From: Syntrophales bacterium | GTDB lineage: Bacteria; Desulfobacterota; Syntrophia; Syntrophales; CG2-30-49-12 | Direction: 5' to 3' | Length of the DNA: 64,000 nt | Assembly (NCBI GenBank): GCA_041648505.1 | Contig: JBAZOY010000001.1 | Coordinates: 11,795-75,794, forward strand | Part shown: positions 60,454 through 64,000 of the stretch, piece by piece | How the letters are laid out: each line of letters begins with the position of its first letter | How positions within the stretch are numbered: position 1 is the stretch's first letter | Translations under genes and position numbers: made by a program | Notes under the pieces: generated by a model | Databases searched by the model: none | Told to the model about the DNA's origin: nothing | Seen by the model: the letters and a program-made list of their open reading frames with translations, nothing else

Positions 60454-60999
60454 CTACGCATCGAGACAATTGAAAATCTCCTTACTCCTTGAGAGATAGT
60501 CAATGATATCTTCGAGCAGAAAACGTCTTAGCCTACCGATTTTATAACTTTTGATCTCTTGAGATTTAACAAGTCTCATCAAAAAACTTTTACTGATCTG
60601 CAGCATCTGACATACATGTTCCGATTTAAGCATCTTTACCGTTTCCACTTTCCTGAACTGAAAGTTGAAAACAATTTGTCCATCCTGACAATGCTCGACG
60701 TCCATAGAAACGCCGCTTGATTCTCCGTTTAAGAAATACTTGACATATTGACTTGACTTGACGAGATTATACTGTTCCGGTGTTAATTTAAAGGAAACCG
60801 CATCTTTGTTGTCTTCGGGAAAACCTTCAAGAGCAGGCGCTTCTTCATCTACGTTACTTGAGCTCTGTTTCAATGCCCGGATTGGGACATCCGTCAGTTC
60901 TTGTGCCGGCAACGCCTGGGCATCTACATCAAAAGACTGTATATTCCCCGGTTCATGAGGCCCCTTCTTCCTTCTCCTCACAATAGAAATCTTTTCCAT
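60454..60999 (-). CDS. Protein with a C-terminal excisionase/MerR-type HTH (HTH_17-like) and an unknown N-terminal region
   Basis: The C-terminus LKSEHVCQMLQISKSFLMRLVKSQEIKSYKIGRLRRFLLEDIIDYL fits the excisionase-family DNA-binding pattern. It lies 18 nt upstream of the ExeA-like gene. Confidence 0.55.
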   Translation of the reverse strand: MEKISIVRRRKKGPHEPGNIQSFDVDAQALPAQELTDVPIRALKQSSSNVDEEAPALEGFPEDNKDAVSFKLTPEQYNLVKSSQYVKYFLNGESSGVSMDVEHCQDGQIVFNFQFRKVETVKMLKSEHVCQMLQISKSFLMRLVKSQEIKSYKIGRLRRFLLEDIIDYLSRSKEIFNCLDA

Positions 61000-61380
61000 A
61001 ATCCTCCCGCCTGATGCTACGGAAAACCAGTAACGCCATATTTCGTTTATGTGTTGAGAGTTTTAAAAACTACATTCATAGACGCTCAAAAATCTTGAAT
61101 CTACGGCTTCCGAATCCAATTTTCACTATTTTGCAAAAATCCCCGATTTATATCAATATAGTCAATTGCTATAACAAACAACATGGCACAAATCAACATA
61201 AACTTTGTAACTGCTAAAAATTTAGAAAACAGGCTGAAAAGAAAACTTATCAAAGTTCTTCAAGTCTTGATTACAAAGCAAAAAGCCCCTATTTCCTCTA
61301 CATATAATATCCCCAATGTTCCTGCCTTGAATTATGACCTTTAACTTATAAGTTTCTTACATTCTATCAAACAAATAATG

Positions 61381-61409
61381 TTGACACCTAAAGCTGCTTC
61401 ATCTATACT
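61381..61409 (+). promoter_or_regulatory. Near-consensus sigma70 promoter TTGACA-N17-TATACT upstream of the histidine kinase/cyclase operon
   Basis: The -35 element is at 61381-61386 and the -10 at 61404-61409. It is a paralogue of the promoter at 57150. Confidence 0.7.
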
Positions 61410-61533
61410 CCGAAAATCCAAAAGGTAACTTTTTATCAGGGAAAAACACCCTATCTTAAATACTGACCATCCCAATTATTGCAGAGATCCATTACCGTAA
61501 GAGTTTCTATATCTAATTCATGGTAGACGTAAA

Positions 61534-62475
61534 GTGAAAGCTAAAAGCGCAACCCTCCAGCAAATAGAGAAGAACGGTTTAATACTTATCTCTCTTGTAA
61601 TGGTAATAATCTACTGGATTCTTGATTCCATGGCGTCGGATCAAGTGCTTACCCGTACAATGATTGTATGCTTTGTTATTGTTTACGGTTTTTTTACCCA
61701 GATGCTGATTAATTCCCGCGAAGCAGCTCTTAAAGAAAAAGACAGGACTCAACAGCAACTGGTTCAGACGGAAAGCCTTGCCGCTATCGGGCAGCTTGTA
61801 GCCGGCATAGCCCATGAATTGAATAACCCCCTTGCAAGTACATCAAGCCTGATTCAAAATGACATTGAATTGATCAATGAACAAAAGGAAAAAACTGAGA
61901 TTGATCGTGAGATACTTAATGATCTCGAGTTTTCCTTAAAGGAGCTGAAACGGGCCGGTTTAATCGTAAAAAGTGTTTTAGGCCTGTCACGTCAGACACA
62001 AACATACGTTGAAGATGTTGATATTAACGCAAATATAGAAGATGCCTTGAGAGTTCTCTACAATCAATATAAACATACTAAAGTGGATATCGTAAAAGAT
62101 TACGAGGAAAATCTGCCGAAAGTTAACGGTAACTTCGCAAATCTCGGCCAGGTATTCATAAATATAATCAAGAATGCCTTACAGGCGTTGCCCGATGGTA
62201 AGGGCACTATAACCTTAAAAACACAATACAGGAGAGATACAAACAGCGTAACGATAGAGTGCCGTGATACAGGTTCAGGAATTCCTCCTGAGATTATTAA
62301 TGACATCTTTAGACCATTTTTCAGTACAAAGGAAGTTGGTAGTGGAACGGGCCTTGGTCTTTATATCTCCCACGAAATCATCAAAAAACATGAAGGGCTT
62401 ATCTCGGTAAGCAGTAAACAGGGCAAAGGTACAACCGTTACTATAGACCTGCCCTGTAAAGTGAGGACAACATGA
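61534..62475 (+). CDS. Sensor histidine kinase (2 TM segments plus HisKA plus HATPase_c)
   Basis: The H-box is GIAHELNNPL, the N-box is NIIKNALQAL, the G1 box is DTGSGIP and the G2 box is GSGTGLGLYI. GTG start. Confidence 0.85.
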   Translation: MKAKSATLQQIEKNGLILISLVMVIIYWILDSMASDQVLTRTMIVCFVIVYGFFTQMLINSREAALKEKDRTQQQLVQTESLAAIGQLVAGIAHELNNPLASTSSLIQNDIELINEQKEKTEIDREILNDLEFSLKELKRAGLIVKSVLGLSRQTQTYVEDVDINANIEDALRVLYNQYKHTKVDIVKDYEENLPKVNGNFANLGQVFINIIKNALQALPDGKGTITLKTQYRRDTNSVTIECRDTGSGIPPEIINDIFRPFFSTKEVGSGTGLGLYISHEIIKKHEGLISVSSKQGKGTTVTIDLPCKVRTT

Positions 62476-63467
62476 TGAAAGTCTTGGTTGTGGATGACGA
62501 AGAAGGCGTCAGGATATCCCTGAAAAAAGTCCTGCAGAGAGACGGCTATGATGTTCTTTTAGCAGAAAACGGTATGCAGGCCATTGAAATAGTCCAAAAG
62601 ATGCTCAATGAAATAGACACGGTCATCTCAGATTTCAAGATGCCCGGTCTGGACGGTTTGGAAACACTTACGGAAATCGGCAAGCTTAACCCCGAAATTA
62701 TCAGGATTATCCTGACCGGTTATGCAACACTCGACCGTGCTATCGACAGCGTAAATTCGGACATTGACGGTTTTTTAACCAAACCCTTCGACAATAATGA
62801 ACTCAGATCGAAGGTCAAGGAATTTACAATCAAAAAACGGCTGAAACAATTCGTGCCCGTTCAGGTTATGAAGGAGCTGCAAAAATTCAGTAAAAACCTT
62901 GATCCCCGGAACCAGAAAATAACCATTCTCTTTACGGATATACGGGGATTCTCCAAAATATCCCAGGCATTAACTCCCCAGGAATTATCAGAGCTTCTTA
63001 ATCTTAACTATTTCTATCCCCTCGACAACATCATCTTCGCATTTAATGGTACGCTTGACAAACACATCGGTGACAGTATTATGGGAATATTCGGCGCCCC
63101 GATTACCCAGGATGACGATGCGCACAGGGCGGTTGCCTGCGCGATTGAAATGCGTAAAAAAGTTGCCGAGATAAACAAAGAAATCAGCAAAAAGAATTTA
63201 AAGATCCCCGTTGGCTTCGGGATCAGCACCGGTGAAGCCATGGTTGGAATTTTTGGGTCAACAGTAAGAAAAGAATACACCGCCCTGGGCCGCCCTGTAA
63301 ATCTGGCGGCGAGACTGGAGCGGATCGCCCTGGAAGACCAGATTCTTATCTGCGGCGAAACTTTCGCGGCAGTGAAAGATTCCTTCCGGACCGAAGCGAT
63401 AGACCCCGTAAACATCAAGGGGATCGAAGAAAAGATGGCGATCTATAACGTCATTGACACGTTTTAG
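62472..63467 (+). CDS. Response-regulator receiver fused to a class III adenylate/guanylate cyclase
   Basis: The receiver part contains VLVVDDEEGV...DFKMPGLDG...LTKPF. The cyclase part contains ITILFTDIRGFS...KHIGDSIMGIFGAP...GRPVNLAARLE. The ATGA start overlaps the kinase stop. Confidence 0.85.
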   Translation: MMKVLVVDDEEGVRISLKKVLQRDGYDVLLAENGMQAIEIVQKMLNEIDTVISDFKMPGLDGLETLTEIGKLNPEIIRIILTGYATLDRAIDSVNSDIDGFLTKPFDNNELRSKVKEFTIKKRLKQFVPVQVMKELQKFSKNLDPRNQKITILFTDIRGFSKISQALTPQELSELLNLNYFYPLDNIIFAFNGTLDKHIGDSIMGIFGAPITQDDDAHRAVACAIEMRKKVAEINKEISKKNLKIPVGFGISTGEAMVGIFGSTVRKEYTALGRPVNLAARLERIALEDQILICGETFAAVKDSFRTEAIDPVNIKGIEEKMAIYNVIDTF

Positions 63468-63561
63468 ACCTTCAACTAAAATCCAATTTTAATCTGCCTG
63501 GCAAGTTCCTTGTTGCACTACTTTAGTCCAGCAGCCACCATAGATCTTACATTATTCCTTA

Positions 63562-63909
63562 TTATAACGCATTTTCTTGTCGCAGGATATCCAGCATATC
63601 TTTATGAAGAACTGCTATCTTATTCTCAACTACATCCCATACGATATCGTAATCTACGCCGAAATAGTTGTGAATTAACCGATCTCTCATGCTGGCTATT
63701 GCTCGCCATTCTACTTCTGGATAACGATTCTTCAGATCTTGCGGTACTTTCTTTGATGCTTCGCCAATAATCTCAATGCATCGCACAAAAGCACGTCTTA
63801 GTGTCGCATCACCAAGAAAATGTTCTTTGCTTAAACCTTCTTTTTCGAGCATCAGATATTCGGTTTCGTCGAGGATGTGACGAAGATATTCAAGCGGCGA
63901 GAGAGGCAT
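63562..63909 (-). CDS. hepT: HepT (DUF86) toxin of a HepT-MNT type II/VII TA pair
   Basis: Contains the [17 protein letters not shown] motif (RX4HXY). Confidence 0.85.
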   Translation of the reverse strand: MPLSPLEYLRHILDETEYLMLEKEGLSKEHFLGDATLRRAFVRCIEIIGEASKKVPQDLKNRYPEVEWRAIASMRDRLIHNYFGVDYDIVWDVVENKIAVLHKDMLDILRQENAL

Positions 63910-64000
63910 ACTCGGCTTCTTTCAGAATATATGGACCAATATATGGACTGAGTGATTCTAATGTTATTAATTCGACTCTATTCTTTAGGACATCCTCCAG
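63890..64000 (-). CDS. mntA: MNT nucleotidyltransferase antitoxin, C-terminal 36 codons only (5' end outside the window)
   Basis: The frame is open to the window edge. It reads ...[28 protein letters not shown] then a stop, and it overlaps the hepT start by 20 nt, as is typical for these pairs. Confidence 0.6.
   Translation of the reverse strand: MEDVLKNRVELITLESLSPYIGPYILKEAEYASLAA

Overview
The window has no rRNA, tRNA, CRISPR array, transposase or phage integrase that I could recognise. It is 64 kb of bacterial chromosome using the standard code (TGA, TAA and TAG all serve as real stops). The lineage cannot be determined from the sequence alone.

It divides into three parts.

(1) Positions 1-30.7 kb, + strand: a large, visibly mosaic surface-polysaccharide (O-antigen/capsule-type) locus.
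- Sugar-nucleotide and assembly genes: a TPP enzyme, SDR epimerases, several methyltransferases, a Zn-ADH, Wzx-like and Wzy-like membrane proteins, and GT2/GT4 transferases.
- A FnlA/CapE-type dehydratase followed by an RmlD-like reductase, a 2-epimerase and a WbuB-like GT.
- A PglC/PglD/PglE/PglF-like bacillosamine-type set.
- Gmd and Fcl.
- The locus is littered with recombination scars. Three cassettes are bracketed by duplicated ends of neighbouring genes. A capF/fnlB-like gene is shattered into pieces 6.4 kb apart. A chimeric ORF, a NUDIX gene and a GT stub carry TGG->TGA changes.
- Non-sugar cargo sits inside it: HicAB, Phd-VapC, a decayed Gp49/HigB-type toxin with an intact XRE antitoxin, an AAA_14/DUF4143 ATPase and an AlbA_2 (Schlafen-like) ATPase.

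(2) Positions 30.7-56.8 kb, - strand: housekeeping genes followed by one long co-directional alpha-glucan/trehalose block.
- Housekeeping: queE-queF-queC, argB, an SPFH protein, hslVU, xerC, a bifunctional nuclease and miaB.
- Glucan block: glgE, treS-mak, glgB, treZ, GH57, treY, an MGS/GpgS-like GT and a TM-helix protein.

(3) Positions 56.8-64 kb: a signalling neighbourhood.
- It contains a cNMP-binding protein, a TPR protein, an HTH protein plus ExeA-like AAA ATPase pair, a histidine kinase and a response-regulator-fused class III cyclase, ending in a HepT-MNT toxin-antitoxin pair.
- Two near-consensus sigma70-type promoters share an identical 16-mer.

The non-genic signals I consider most worth a second look are these:
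- (GGAGACA)n heptamer arrays in two unrelated intergenic spacers, both purine-rich in the direction of transcription.
- The recurring gene-end-duplication signature.
- The paralogous promoters linking a cyclase operon to a cNMP-binding protein.

All functional calls rest on motif or family recognition by eye. No database search was run.
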